Shown: piece after piece, positions 27,156-39,600 of the stretch
Layout of the letters: each line of letters opens with the position of its first letter
Numbering within the stretch: the stretch's first letter is position 1
DNA from: Daphnia carinata
Taxonomy: Eukaryota
Direction of reading: 5' to 3'
DNA: 64,000 nt
Assembly (NCBI RefSeq): GCF_022539665.2
Contig: NC_081333.1
Span: 4,278,001-4,342,000, forward strand
The notes under the pieces: model-generated
Database searches by the model: none
The model's input: only the letters and a program-made list of their open reading frames with translations
What the model was told of the DNA's origin: nothing
Position numbers and translations under genes: made by a program

Positions 27156-30064
27156 ATGGTGGATGAGGAAGGCTTGAGGGATGTTTTAAGACGAGTTGAT
27201 GATGCTGAAAAGAAGAACTTTGAGTTTGCTGTTGGAACCCAAATTGCAGAAGAAAACATATTACCCATGTTCAGTATAGAACGTTTGGGTACAATACCTG
27301 TGCCAGTAACAATTAAGGTAGTCACTATTATATTACCTTTACAATTAATAACAAATAATTATGTTTATTGAAAATTGTAGGATGTTAATCGTTTGAAAAA
27401 AGTTAGTGAACCTAGCCTTTGCTGCAGGAGTAATGATGGAATTATGTCTGGCAACAAAGGGAAGAAAACCAGCTGGGAAATGGATGCAGGTCATATTATA
27501 CGTCATGGCGACATCGCGGAGACATTCTTTCGTCAAACGGTACCATCATTGGCTGCCGCTGGGCTGCAGCAATTAGGCTTGGTTGAGAATGAGCTCCCTC
27601 TAGTAGAAGTCCGGCCACATAGCGTTTTAATAGTTGAACGCGGGGGATGCGCACCCCGACATCGCGACGCTGTATGCGAACCAGGTATACATCCCTGCCT
27701 TTTAGTTTAGCTGTAAAACGCATAACCATTAATGTCTATGCAGGAACGTTTGGTCTGATGTTCCTACAAATCCCCGTAAAAAACGGCTATGAAGGTGGAA
27801 TTTTAAAAGTGAATCATCAAAAAGAAAGCCGTATCTTTGATAATTCCCAAACCAGTAAACGTTGCTTTTATACTACCATTTTTTTCGCTGGCTGCGAACA
27901 CGAGTTAACCGAATTGAAGCAGGGCTGGAGAATTGTCTTTACTTTCAGCCTTGTCTGGAAATGGACTCGTTCACTATTTATGCCGTTACCAGCTGACGCA
28001 TCGCTCCTTTTCGCAGCTAAGGAGATCGAACGGATTCTGTCTCCTTGGCATCTTCCCGATGACGCTCAGCGAAGATGCTTGGCCATCCCTTTAGAGCACA
28101 ATTATACAGTTACCAGTCTTTCATTTGCCGGACTTAAAGGTCGCGACCGCCTGACAGCCAGTCTTCTCCGATCTGTCAACTTTGTAGACCTCCATTTGGC
28201 TAGCGTTCGCCATCGCATGAAGCCTCTAGCAACCACAATTTCGAACATGGACAACCCTCTATTACAAAGAATTGTAAAGAAAGAAGAACATCGCACCGAG
28301 TGTTGGGTTTCTTCTCAAACGGACGGTCCCCTTGCGTACCAAGGTCTGGAAATCGATTTTGATTCGGAGGTGGTGTATCCTCTGTTTAGCCGCTTGCAAA
28401 TCAATTGGGACGATACTGAGCCTCGGAATTCAACGAACCACGAAGAGGAATCGCCATTGGAATGTACTTACTGCCAGGCGTTGCTAGTGGTTTGGCCGAA
28501 GACAAGCACTATTGATCTGGCTTGCCGAAGTGGTGCGACATGTATTTTTTTTTATTATAAATATTTTTTATGGAAAAGAAAGTTGTGTTTAAGTATACTT
28601 TACGTAGACTTATTATTATTTATAGGTTTCATGGGAGTCCTGGACTTGCTCGAATGTTTAGCAAGGAAATTACCTGCAGAAGAATTCCTTTTTCTATTGG
28701 GTAAAACTGTGACTTTCTGTTGTGCCAATCCCCATCTTGTATGGTGTCCTAGTAGAAAATTTTTCTCACCGGCTGGCCAAGTGACGTATCGCCTACTGCA
28801 ACTTTGTATCGATTTAGATGCTATCGACCAGGGACTAATTCTGCTCACTTTGATTACCAACGATCTACCGACTGGCAAAACGTTGGTAAGGGATCATCAT
28901 GATATTGCAACGGCAGATATTGAAGGGCTACAGACTAATGAAATTGCTGTCACCTTAGCTAAATTTATCGCCCTGGCAGGCTGGGATTCCTGCGAAGAAG
29001 CCATTAAGCGTTTTTTCACTCCCGTTAGGATGGCCAGACAAATGGAACCATTGACTGTCTTAGTAACATCTTTGATAAGTCACGGACTGCACGCAAATGC
29101 TGTCTACGTAGCCGACCATCTCTGCCCTGTTATATTTGCATCTCCATTTTGCTGGAAATCGTCTACGTACAGCACAGTAGCTGAAATGGTATTTCGGCTC
29201 GAAGAATGGAGTGAATCAAGTAATCTATTGCGCGTTGAAGCATACCTAGAATTGGCCCGAGCAATCGAAACAGCAAATCTTTGTCAAGTCATGATCTACG
29301 TTCACAAGAAGTTAAATCAGTTTGTGAAAAATATTCCTGGAATGCAACATTTCTACCAAGCACTCGGCCAAATATTTGTTGAACGGGATTTTCTCAGCCT
29401 TCGGTCCGTTTCAGAGAAAGGCGAACCTATCGTCGTCGATGTATTCAAATGTTTGCTCTGGCTAAATGATTCTGCCATTCTCAAAGACTTTCTGAGGAGA
29501 ATAACAATGCCTACTAGACAAAATAATTATTGTTTGCAAGTAGTGCTTGCATCCTCAGCCATATGGAAGGCATGTTTAGCTTCAGAAGATGGCAAGAAGC
29601 TTTTGCAAATGTTGATAGATAGTCGACTTCGGGAGCTTAGCCTTTTGAAACCGCCTGTTTTTTCTTGGCAGCAAATGGAAGCTGAAATACCAAATTGTTC
29701 GGAAGTGGAACATTTTCTACGATCAAATCAACTTTCAACAACTTTTTCTCGAAAATTTCCCACCGTCAATGAAGCGCGCCTTTGGGCTATTGAAATATTT
29801 GGATTTGGCTTTGAAGTGCTCGCTAGTCCCGATAGTCAGTTCTTCATCAACCATCGTTATAGCGCAACTGTTCAAATCAAGAATATTGCCGGTGGATTTG
29901 CTGTTTGCGATATAACCAAAAACCGACGCCTCTTCGAGTATGATGTCCGTCAGTTTGAACTAAGACAGGAGGAGATTGCCGAATTGATTGATCGACGCCA
30001 AATGGAGATCCCCCATGAAACGACCGCTCGCCATCAAAAAAGAGTGAAATTTCATCTTTCTTAA
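27156..30064 (+). CDS. Large protein with an N-terminal 2-oxoglutarate/Fe(II) dioxygenase domain and uncharacterised helical and C-terminal domains
   Basis: Spliced reading ...GGCAPRHRDAVCEPGTFGLMFLQIP..GYEGGILKVNH...FFAGCEHELTELKQGWRIVFTFSL contains HxD...H...R. The LEHNYTVTSLSFAGLKGRDR motif follows. Introns at about 27318-27380, 27685-27743 and an in-frame one at about 28533-28625. Confidence 0.8.
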
Positions 30065-30509
30065 ATTCATATTGGCTTTCCAAATTCTGAAAACATTTAA
30101 TGCAAATCCGTTCTTTTAATCTAGAGGAAGACAACGAACCAAGAAAGAATTTGCTGAAGAAATTGCTTTAACTGTTTATCTCAGCACAAGTCACCTTACA
30201 AAGAATGGGTTTGGGCGACCTTTGATCTAGTAGCGTTGTTTTGTTATTTAATAAACCAAGAAATTTGTTATTGTTTTAATGATACGTGCATGTTTTTATT
30301 TTTTTTATTGAAAGAAATAATGCCCGACAGATGACACCGTTGTGCGTTGGGTGTTTTGCAGACGATTTGCTGGCAAAACTTCACTCCGGGGTAAAAGAGA
30401 ATTATTTCCGAAAAGTTCATTGGTTTAAATCCGACTTCCGACGTAAACAACACATTTAGACGCCTAAATTTCATTATAACATCGTTTTTTTATTGAAGGT
30501 AAATAAAAG

Positions 30510-31081
30510 ATGTCGGAAGGGAAAGAGGAGCCGAAACCTAAAACAGAGTATATTGATGGACAAAATATTCCGAATGTGTGGTTGGTAGGTACGACGATAA
30601 TTCGTGTTTCGCTGAAACTTTTCATTTTGTTCTACATCTTACCTCTTTTCAGGTTCGGCCATGCGAATCCTACAAAGATGAATACACAGAATGTGCTTCT
30701 ATTAAAGGGCGCTTTCACCAGTACTTTATTTTCGGGGAAAACAGTGATTGCACACAGTGGCAGACAGATTTTGAAAATTGCATGAAATATCGTCTTCATA
30801 ATGACATCCCTGCATTGGTAATTGACATACAAATTGGATAGGGAATGAAACTGTGAATTTTGGTATTGTACTATGCTTTTCTTTATTAGGAAGCAGTCAT
30901 TCAAAGTGAATCAAAACGACGTTACGAAAGGTTGGCCCCCCACTATTATAATGACGTTTGGAAGCACCGTACGAACCCACCGGAAGACTGGAACAAACCA
31001 CTGCCAGCGAAAATGCAAGAGGAATATAAAAACACCTATCTTGATCACAAGGCTCGCGAGTATAAAGCATCCCAGACGTGA
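30510..31081 (+). CDS. C22orf39: UPF0545 / C22orf39-like protein, 3 exons
   Basis: VRPCESYKDEYTECASIKGRFHQYFIFGENSDCTQWQTDFENC followed by NDVWKHRTNPPEDWNKPLP matches the family's cysteine pattern and W..R..PP.DW..PLP motif. Confidence 0.88.
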
Positions 31082-31419
31082 AGGGAATTTTTACTGCTGA
31101 CAGCTGTTCATAGTTTTCTATAGTAGTACAAGATATATCCTTAATGAAACAAAAAAAAAGCGCAATTTTCTTTATCTGCTCCCCCCTTTTTTTTATTGGT
31201 TTTCGTTATCGTAACTTCACGATTTGTTTGACCGGTTTTACCCGAATTGCCCGAATATCCGAAACCCGCCACTTTGAAAATGTTAATTCGTATTAGAGCA
31301 TCCTCAAAATTGTGAGCATTGTCTTGCACTAGGCAGACGGACAGTGGGAGTGGTTAACTTGGTTAGCGTTTTTTTTCTCTTGATCGGCTCAAAGACGGTT
31401 TTTTGTTTTTTACTTGACG

Positions 31420-34400
31420 ATGGCGTCCAACGGTTCGACAGTTGTTCCGGCGGATGTTTACCGACACTTTTTTGAAACTTTTAAATCGACAGTTAATGTA
31501 AATGACCCGTTACCAGTGAAGGTTGGATCGCATAGCATTCACGAGAATGAAGTTGACGGGGAAATCGTCGATTGGACTCTGCAGTACCTTCAACAAAAGT
31601 ATGTTGTGACAGAAATGTCATGAGTCATCGATCTTATTAAATAATTTGACCCTTTTCGTCTCGCTTGGTACAGAAATTGTCCTTCTAAACTGCTTGCACA
31701 TCTGGTAAGTCTTATTTTGTGGGAAGTACGCTTTTGTATAAGCAAAGATGATGTTGATGGTGCCGTGAACAAAGATATTAAAGGTAATAAAGATCTCATT
31801 ACAGCCACTTTTATATTTGATGCTCAATAGTTATTCGGATATAGGTTACGAACCAGTAAAGTTGATGCAGCTAGTGACATCCAAGATCAATAATGTTTGT
31901 TTTGAATTCCTCAACAACCAAAAGTTTGAGAGTCTGTGCACCGAGCTTTCTTTCAGCAACAGGCCCCTTCATCCTGTGTCTGTTCATGCCATCAGAAATG
32001 GCAGACGGAAGATGGAGGATAGACATGTAGTGATTCAAGACCTGAACACCATTTGCTCGATTCGAGTAAGAGGAAGAATCATGTTTTTCCTGCAAGCGAA
32101 AGCCATTTAACAGGAATAAATATTGACAGGATGATGTGCCCACAAGCTATTACGCAGTGTTTGACGGGCATGCCGGCACGGACGCTGCATTTTACGCTGC
32201 TTCTCAGCTTCACGAGAAATTAGTGCGCAATTCCAAGTTTGCCACGGAGCCGAGCGAAGCTTTGAGAGAAGCCTTTTTAGCCACTGACTTGGCGTTTGTT
32301 ACAGAACACGAAAATGAGGTAAGCAACATACACTCGTGTTGTTTAGTTGGATGTCTGTAATGTGTTTTCCGTTTTGTACAAAAACCCAGAGATTGAAAGG
32401 TGGAACAACAGCGGTGGTTAGCTTGATTAGGGGAAATTTACTTCTAACGGCTTGGTTGGGAGATTCTCAGGCCGTCTTGGTGAGAGATGGCGTCGCTACG
32501 CAGCTGGTCAATCCTCACAAACCGGATCGGAGTGTAAGTAACTTAAACCAGTCACAACAAAACAAACAAAAAAACCACTTTTTAGTCACGAAATGCTCAT
32601 TTGGTTTCAATCGTCACAGGACGAGAAGGAAAGAATATCAAATCTTGGTGGCGAGGTGATTTTCTGGGACGGGGCCTACCGCGTCAACGGACAACTGGCC
32701 GTGTCTCGAGCCATCGGTGCGTAAAAAAATCTTTATTTTTTTCTCTCTTTAACCAATTGCTAGCCGCCACTAATAATTGAATCAGCGTTTAATGTGGCGT
32801 GTCGCTCAGGGAAAACAAAACAAGTTTCCCAGCTCTAATAGACTGAATGATGTACAGCAAATAATGTTCTTCTTCCGTTTCTGCTTTGCAGGCGACGCCA
32901 GCTACAAGCCTTACGTGACGGCCGAGCCCGACATGGTGGCCGTGACGCTGGAGGGCCACGAGGATTTCTTGATCATCGGCTGCGACGGCCTTTGGGACAC
33001 GATCGGCGTGGATGAAGCCGCCTTCATCGTGCTCCAGTACCTCCACCACGAGAGTAAGTGCTACATCTTTTTCTACATATTTCCTCTTCTAGCCGCAATG
33101 GTACACCTGGAAATTGCCCACTCGCTCTATCTTTAAAACACCTGGCTGACGTCACGCTTCCGGTCCAACCTTATTCCAGACGAAAAAGAGGGGGAAAGGT
33201 GGGCCGGCGTAGAGGGGGGAAAACGATGAAATTGTCCCTTGATTGATCCTCCGGTTTATGTATATAAACCGCACACGGTCAAATTGAAATTATTATCTCC
33301 AGCGGGTATATTCAGTCCCCCCTTCTTCTTGCTCGACCCGCCTCAGGGCTGTTCCAGCTATACGTGGTCAGTCGAGTGATTTGAACCGTGGTATGTATAT
33401 TCCACGTTTTTATGCGTAGTAGCCTACGATGGGAAACAAAGATTTGCGTAAAAATGTGGAAAAGCCCCGGACGTGGCAGTTGATCCCCCCCCACGGAAAC
33501 ATTTGATATCAAAAACATTTTGTTTGCATGGCTGGCGCCGCTTTTCGATAGATTGGAAATGAGAGATGTTGCACAAAAAACTTGGGCGTGTCCCGCCCAC
33601 GTCATGACTCACTACCGTTCCCTTAATGTATATCCCGTCGTGCCTTATAACCGGCGGGGCAACAAACATACCATCACTCTAGTACCGTCTTTTCAATTTG
33701 CTGATTTATGTTGATTGAAGTAGTTGCTGAGTTGGCAACGTCGTCACTGCGTGGCTACAACTTTTTACATTCGGTTATAAGTCTTCGCTAATGAATGGAA
33801 TGTTTCCAGCGACCTGCGACAGTAAATCGATTCTTTTCGTCTTGGCGTTAAGCAAAAATGCCAAGACATTTTTCATTTAAGAACTTGCTTTAGTTGTTTG
33901 AAAAGATAACCTTGTTTGTTTTCGTTCATTCATTTCGACCTAGCGACACGAAACGGAGGGAAGATACGTTCCGGTGGAACGCATTTGCCTTCCAGCTCGA
34001 AAGAAAGTCTTCGTGATTTGAAAAATCTCGGGAATTTCGTATAGCAGGACAATAAAGGTAAAACCGAGTAGTAGCTGCTGCAGTTGATCGATGCAAAAAA
34101 ACAAAATTATGGTTGTGGGTTGGAGGGTGGAGGGACACACGAAGAGAAACTCTTCCCCTTCATTTATTTTCACGTTAAAAGACGAGAGGGGAGGGTTGAG
34201 ACGGCGCTGTGGCGTCGTTCACGTTGCTGCCGTCGGATGGCTTCATGGCGGATGGGGTTCCGCCCTTGAGCGTGTGTCAGACCCGGCCGGCTAGTCCTCT
34301 CCCCATCCCTCTTTTTCAGTTGTTGCCTGGGTGTGGTGGATACCGCTAGTCTCCTCGTCTTGGTCCTTGTTCAACATTTTCAACAAAACGCCGCAGTTTT

Positions 34401-36599
34401 GTTTGGTTCTGACGAATCGAACGATTCACGAACGCCCTTTCAAACATCCTCCGGTCCGAGTGAGAGACGCGTCACCAATCCCCCAACTTGTCTACACATT
34501 CGAGGGCGACATTTCGCAGACGTTTTTAGCATACGAAAAAAAGAGAAGGGTGCGCGTGTGTGTGTGAGTGTGTGTGTGTGGTAAGTGGCTCATTTCAAAG
34601 CTCCGTTTACGAATTTTGCTTTTTTTTTTCTACTGATGTTATGACAGCGTATGAGTCAACGTCAAAGATGGTGGTAGTGCCGGTTTTGGGTGTGGATTAA
34701 ATTCTCGATCATCTTTGACTTGTCTTTCTGATAAATTTCTCATATTTTCCGGTTATTCTTCTTTTTTTTTTTGTTGAAATTGCGCAGTTGACTTTAGACC
34801 TCTTTGAGACGTAACACGATTCGTGCTGGCCAACAAAAAGCTGCTGGTTTTCAAGTCAGTGTGACGTCCTTTTTTTTTTCTCCTTTCGTCTGGTTTGACC
34901 TTGCCCAGCGTGCGGAAAGGAATGGGCTAATATATTTTATGAGCTGGAAGGCGGTAGATGTCGAAGTTGTCTCGACACCGGGTCGTTATTTCGAAAGAAT
35001 TTAAAGAAAGGGAATTATTCATTTCTCTTTGAATTTCAATAGACTTTGAGTGAAAGAAGTGTCAAAAGAACGTCAAGACACACTCGTAATCTTTAATAAT
35101 AAGCCAACCGTGATGGCGCAGTACTAGTCGTTGTAAAAACCGGTGTAAGTTGTTAAATAGCCCCGGCCTGTATGTCGAGAATGTGGAAGTTCCAGATGGG
35201 TCTCCCGTGTAGTAGTGACGATGTGTGCGGGATTTTTGTGTTTTGTACCGCATTTTTTTTTTTTTGCTAGTTTGTAAGGACGTTAGAATTGAGGATGATT
35301 TAAAAGTTATACGACACGTCATCGTGTGATGAGGCCCCCTCTTCGTTCAACGAGGGAGACTTCTTCGTTTAGGCCTACACTCCCTTTTAGGCCGTCCTTT
35401 TGCGTGTCGCACTGCAAGGGAGAATCCTTTTTGGTGATGGCCCAGTGGTAGACTTTGAAAAAAGAGAGGGAGTCTTATTTCTCTCCCCTCGCGTTTCTAC
35501 TCCGGCTCTCTCCCCCTCTGGCTCTTTTTGCTCTTCGTCCGTCTGTTCAATATGGTTACTACTCCATCAGAGAAAAAAGAAAGAAATGGGGAATGAGAGA
35601 GAGAGGGGGATGTAAAAAGAAGATCGATGAATTCCATTCCAAATGAGATGATGATTCACCGTCTCTCCCGTCTTCTTTCTGTGTGTAAACGTACCGGAGT
35701 GAAGCAGAAGGAAAAAGTTTGTATATATACAAAAGTCGGACCAGATATCCTTGTGCAATGGAAATCGGTATTTTTAGACTGCTGGACACGAGCAGGGCAG
35801 CTGCCCATCCGCATTTTCGCCTCCACCCGTCTATTGTTTTGGCGAATTTGAACGCTAAATTATGTTGGTGTTAAGCGCAACAACATAAAAGAGAGACAAA
35901 TAAGCTCGTGCCGTAATAAATTACCATATCCTTCATTTTAGTGTGTCGGCTACAATTTTCTCTTGTTTGGCCATCCGGAGTTAATCCATCATCCGGATCG
36001 CTCAAAGACGGAAGAAAGATGGCGCCCTCTCTTGTCTCTTTACTTCATTTGCACAGCGTCTTTATTTCTTGTTTCCCCTTTTTCTTTTGGTTTTTTTGGT
36101 ATTTTCTGCTAAGCCAAGGTGACCGGATGCACTGGAGCCCGACGGTTCCTCCTCCTAAGTAGCTTGAAAGTCGGTGGTGGTTGAAGGGAGGTCCGCCTTC
36201 CGGCCATTGGGGGATCTTACAAGTATGAAAAGAATAAGAAAACAACAAAAATATCAGCCCGGCCTCCTTGTCTTTTTTTTTTTTTTCAGGGTGGGGGGAT
36301 GTAGAAGAAGCGAGTCACGCACCACTAGATGCGTGTATCCATTGCGGCCGCAAAAGCCTCTCGTCTTTCTCCATAATCCCCATCAAAGTTCATTTTTTCT
36401 AGGCTACAATATTTAATATGCATATTCAACTTTTAGCAGTGTGTGCGAAAAGAAGGATAGAATAAGATGGAGTATCCATTTAAAGTTGATTTTCCAGTCG
36501 AGTGACTCGGCTGCTGGAACCATCACGCACTGCTTGTTCCCTTTCTTTCTTTTTTTTTTTTTTTTTCGCTATGTTGGTGTGCGTATGTCTCCCGCGAAC

Positions 36600-36636
<37 letters not shown>

Positions 36637-39600
36637 GCCACCGCAAGGCTTCGTTTTCTCCGCCGTCTTTTGTTTAGTTTGCACGCGGAAGTAGTTGATG
36701 CGGAGTTTGCGGACCCCCGGTTTTTCTTTTTCTCCCCTTTCTCTCGTGTCTATTCTTGGAGGTCAGAGGTGTCGTGCAGAAACACACACCAAGCATAACC
36801 ACCAGGACGTCGACGCCATCGTCACCGTCTCTCTCTCTCTTTTCTTTCTTCTCTTTTTTTTTTATCTCGCATTTTTTTTTTCTTTCTTTTGTCGATTGGA
36901 ATTTGTGATTGGAGGTGGGATAGTGGTGAATGGCCAAAAACCGCACAGCGGGGGGCAACTAGCGCTCAGCCTTTTTCGAATAAGAGGAGGGGAAAAAAAG
37001 AGTCACGAAGCACGATGTTAACCATATGTGGAAAGATGGTGCATGTGGTTTTTTTTTTCCTTTTCACGAAGAAGAAATTCCTTTCGAGTTTTCTTTATTT
37101 TTTTATTCTTTGGTGGCCTTGGATCCGTGAGTCCCGCATCGCGTTTCAACAAAATTACGAACCGGTGTTCTTTTTTTTTTCTTTTCTCCTGGCCATCTTG
37201 TCACGGACCATTTGATGCAAAAGATTGACATACGTCGTGTCTTTTCATATTTTTTTTTTTCCCCCAAACCTCCTTCACGTCAAAGTGTCATTTAAATAAT
37301 TTTTTTATTTTCCTGTTCTTTCAATTGCAGCTGACATAAGCGGACTTAGTGGCCGTTTGGTGCAGGCCGCCAAACAGAAAGGCTCTACCGACAACATTAG
37401 CGTCATCGTCGTCTTCTTCCGCGAACCGGAACTGATAGCTAGACGGCCGCTCCCACCCGTTCCAACCTCAGTCCAGACGAACAACACGCCCAGCATGGAA
37501 CAGCAACAAGAAGAATACGAGAAATTAGCCGCCAAGTGGGGCTGGAACGAGCCGCAAGGAGGTGCCGTCTTTGACGAATCGTCGTGGCAGCAACAGCAAC
37601 CGGCCGACGAAGACGGACACCATCAGCAGCCGCAAAATCCTTTCGATTCGAGCAGCGGCAATCCGTTTGGCAACGGCGATCAAGACGGCCTGATGGCCGA
37701 AGAGGAGCAAGACAATCATTTCTACCAGGGGGCGCATTCGTCGTCGGAATTTGACGCTGTCCATTCGCCTTCCGAGTTCCACGCCGTCAATTGGCAACAA
37801 CAGCAACAAGAGCATGGCGATTCGTTTAACGGCAGCGATTCGGCCGAAACGCCCGAAGTCACCGATGGATTAACGGCCCAATGGGGCTGGAAGGACCCCG
37901 AAATTGAAGCCCTGGAGATCGAGGCCGGCCGCGACTCTGCCGAGCAAGCGCCGCACTTTGCCGCTACGTCCGTCGTTCCGCTACCCGATGATGCAGACAT
38001 CGATTTGGACGCGGCCCGCGATCAGTACGAGAAAGTTGCGGCCAAATGGGGCCGCGAGCTGGAACTAGTTGATACCGACGTCGTGACGTCTGAGTCGAAA
38101 TCGGTGAGTTTCATCAGAAAGTTAATCAATAATGCCCTTCCCTCTGCGTGTTGTGCCCATTACGTCCCTTTTAAGGCAACAACAACGAAAAGAACAAAGT
38201 GGCTAATTATTCAGCCTCGTTTTGTTGTGTTGCCTTGTTTTGCATTAGGATTTCCACTTGAGCAGTGATGGATCGACGTGGGACCAGACGCCTGGCAATA
38301 GCCAGCCGGCAGGTGTCGACTGGAACCAGTACGACGAGGAGCTCAGTGGCCAGCCTAGTCTGATCTTTGTAGGTCAATCGGAAGAGCCGGCGTCCACCGA
38401 GCAAGTCATTAGTCCTATCGAAGATTTGATTAGCGTCAGCGACATGAACGGCCGCGCCATCACCGAAGCCGACCGTCAAATGTGGGCGTCCGAGGAGAAT
38501 TCCGTCTCGTTCCCTCCAGTTACCGATCCGGTAGCCGAAGATGAAATGGCCGAGGAAGAGCAGGAGGAGGACGGCGACGATGTGCAACAAGACTTTCATC
38601 GCGAAATGCAACAAGCACCAGCAGCCGCCGCCGTCGTCGACGGATCCTTTGTTGACGAAGGCATCGCCGGAGACGAAGCGGATTTTGTTGTTAGCTCGTC
38701 GTCGTGCATCGTCGACTCCAATGTTGCCGATTGTCAGCCAGATATCCTTGAAGCGAGTGAAGCAAGAGCAGAAGCGGCCGTCATTCCTGCGGCAGAAAAT
38801 GATCCGGATTTTCACTGGAATCTACACGCCCCCGAATTCGAATTCCGCCCTAGTGAGTCGTCGCCATTGGAAAACCAACAGCAGCAACAGCAACAGACCG
38901 AAGTGGAGTCAGAGGCGGCGGTGGTGAGCTCGAGTGAGCGTAAACTCTCCGCTACGGAACTTTTGATTCGTTCGTCCAACGATGCCCAGCTTGCCGTTCT
39001 TTTGGCCGCGGCTAATGACGACCCTGACGAAATGGAACCCCAAGAGCTGAACATTTCGCCTCGCTCCGACGCTCTAGACGATATTCACAACGCGTCCAAC
39101 GCAATTAACGGTACTTGTTTTTCTTTTCCTTTTTTTTTCTTTTTTTTTTTACTCGCAGACCTTTTTTTTTTTTCGTGATTGACCAATGGAAAAAAGGAAT
39201 CTGGTTTTAAATCACGTTTTTATATAGCCTGTCGTGCCGAGCCGGCGTATAAATCTAATAGCTTGTTATTTATTTTCCTTTTGAAAGCATTTGTTAATTT
39301 AGTTTTATTATTTCGGCTGACAACTTGCTTTATATTGATTAACTTTTAAGTTGGCGTGAAATTCAGGTCAAGCGAATTTGGGAATAAATTTCGATTTTGG
39401 AAGGTTTTCACGTTAAAAACATCAAAAGGGTGTGGGAACTGACGATAATCTATGTTTGTGTTGCACACGATACAGCGTCTGTCAACCGCTAAGCTGTCTC
39501 GATGTTGAATGTTAGCTCTATATCGGTTGGGCTTATCATTTTTGTTTTTACGCATTATTACTTTGATATTTTTGTTGTTTTGTTTTCAAAGTCACCTTAG

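Noticed and set aside
27647..30064. The 805-aa ORF as a single-exon gene starting at 27647
   Set aside because: Its first ~32 codons are out of frame with the HRD-bearing exon or intronic, and it reads through an AT-rich in-frame intron at about 28533-28625.
33058..37300. ORFs inside the large PP2C intron as nested genes
   Set aside because: Low-complexity translations with no coherent exon chain. A strong donor at 34581 could mark an alternative exon but cannot be supported from sequence alone.
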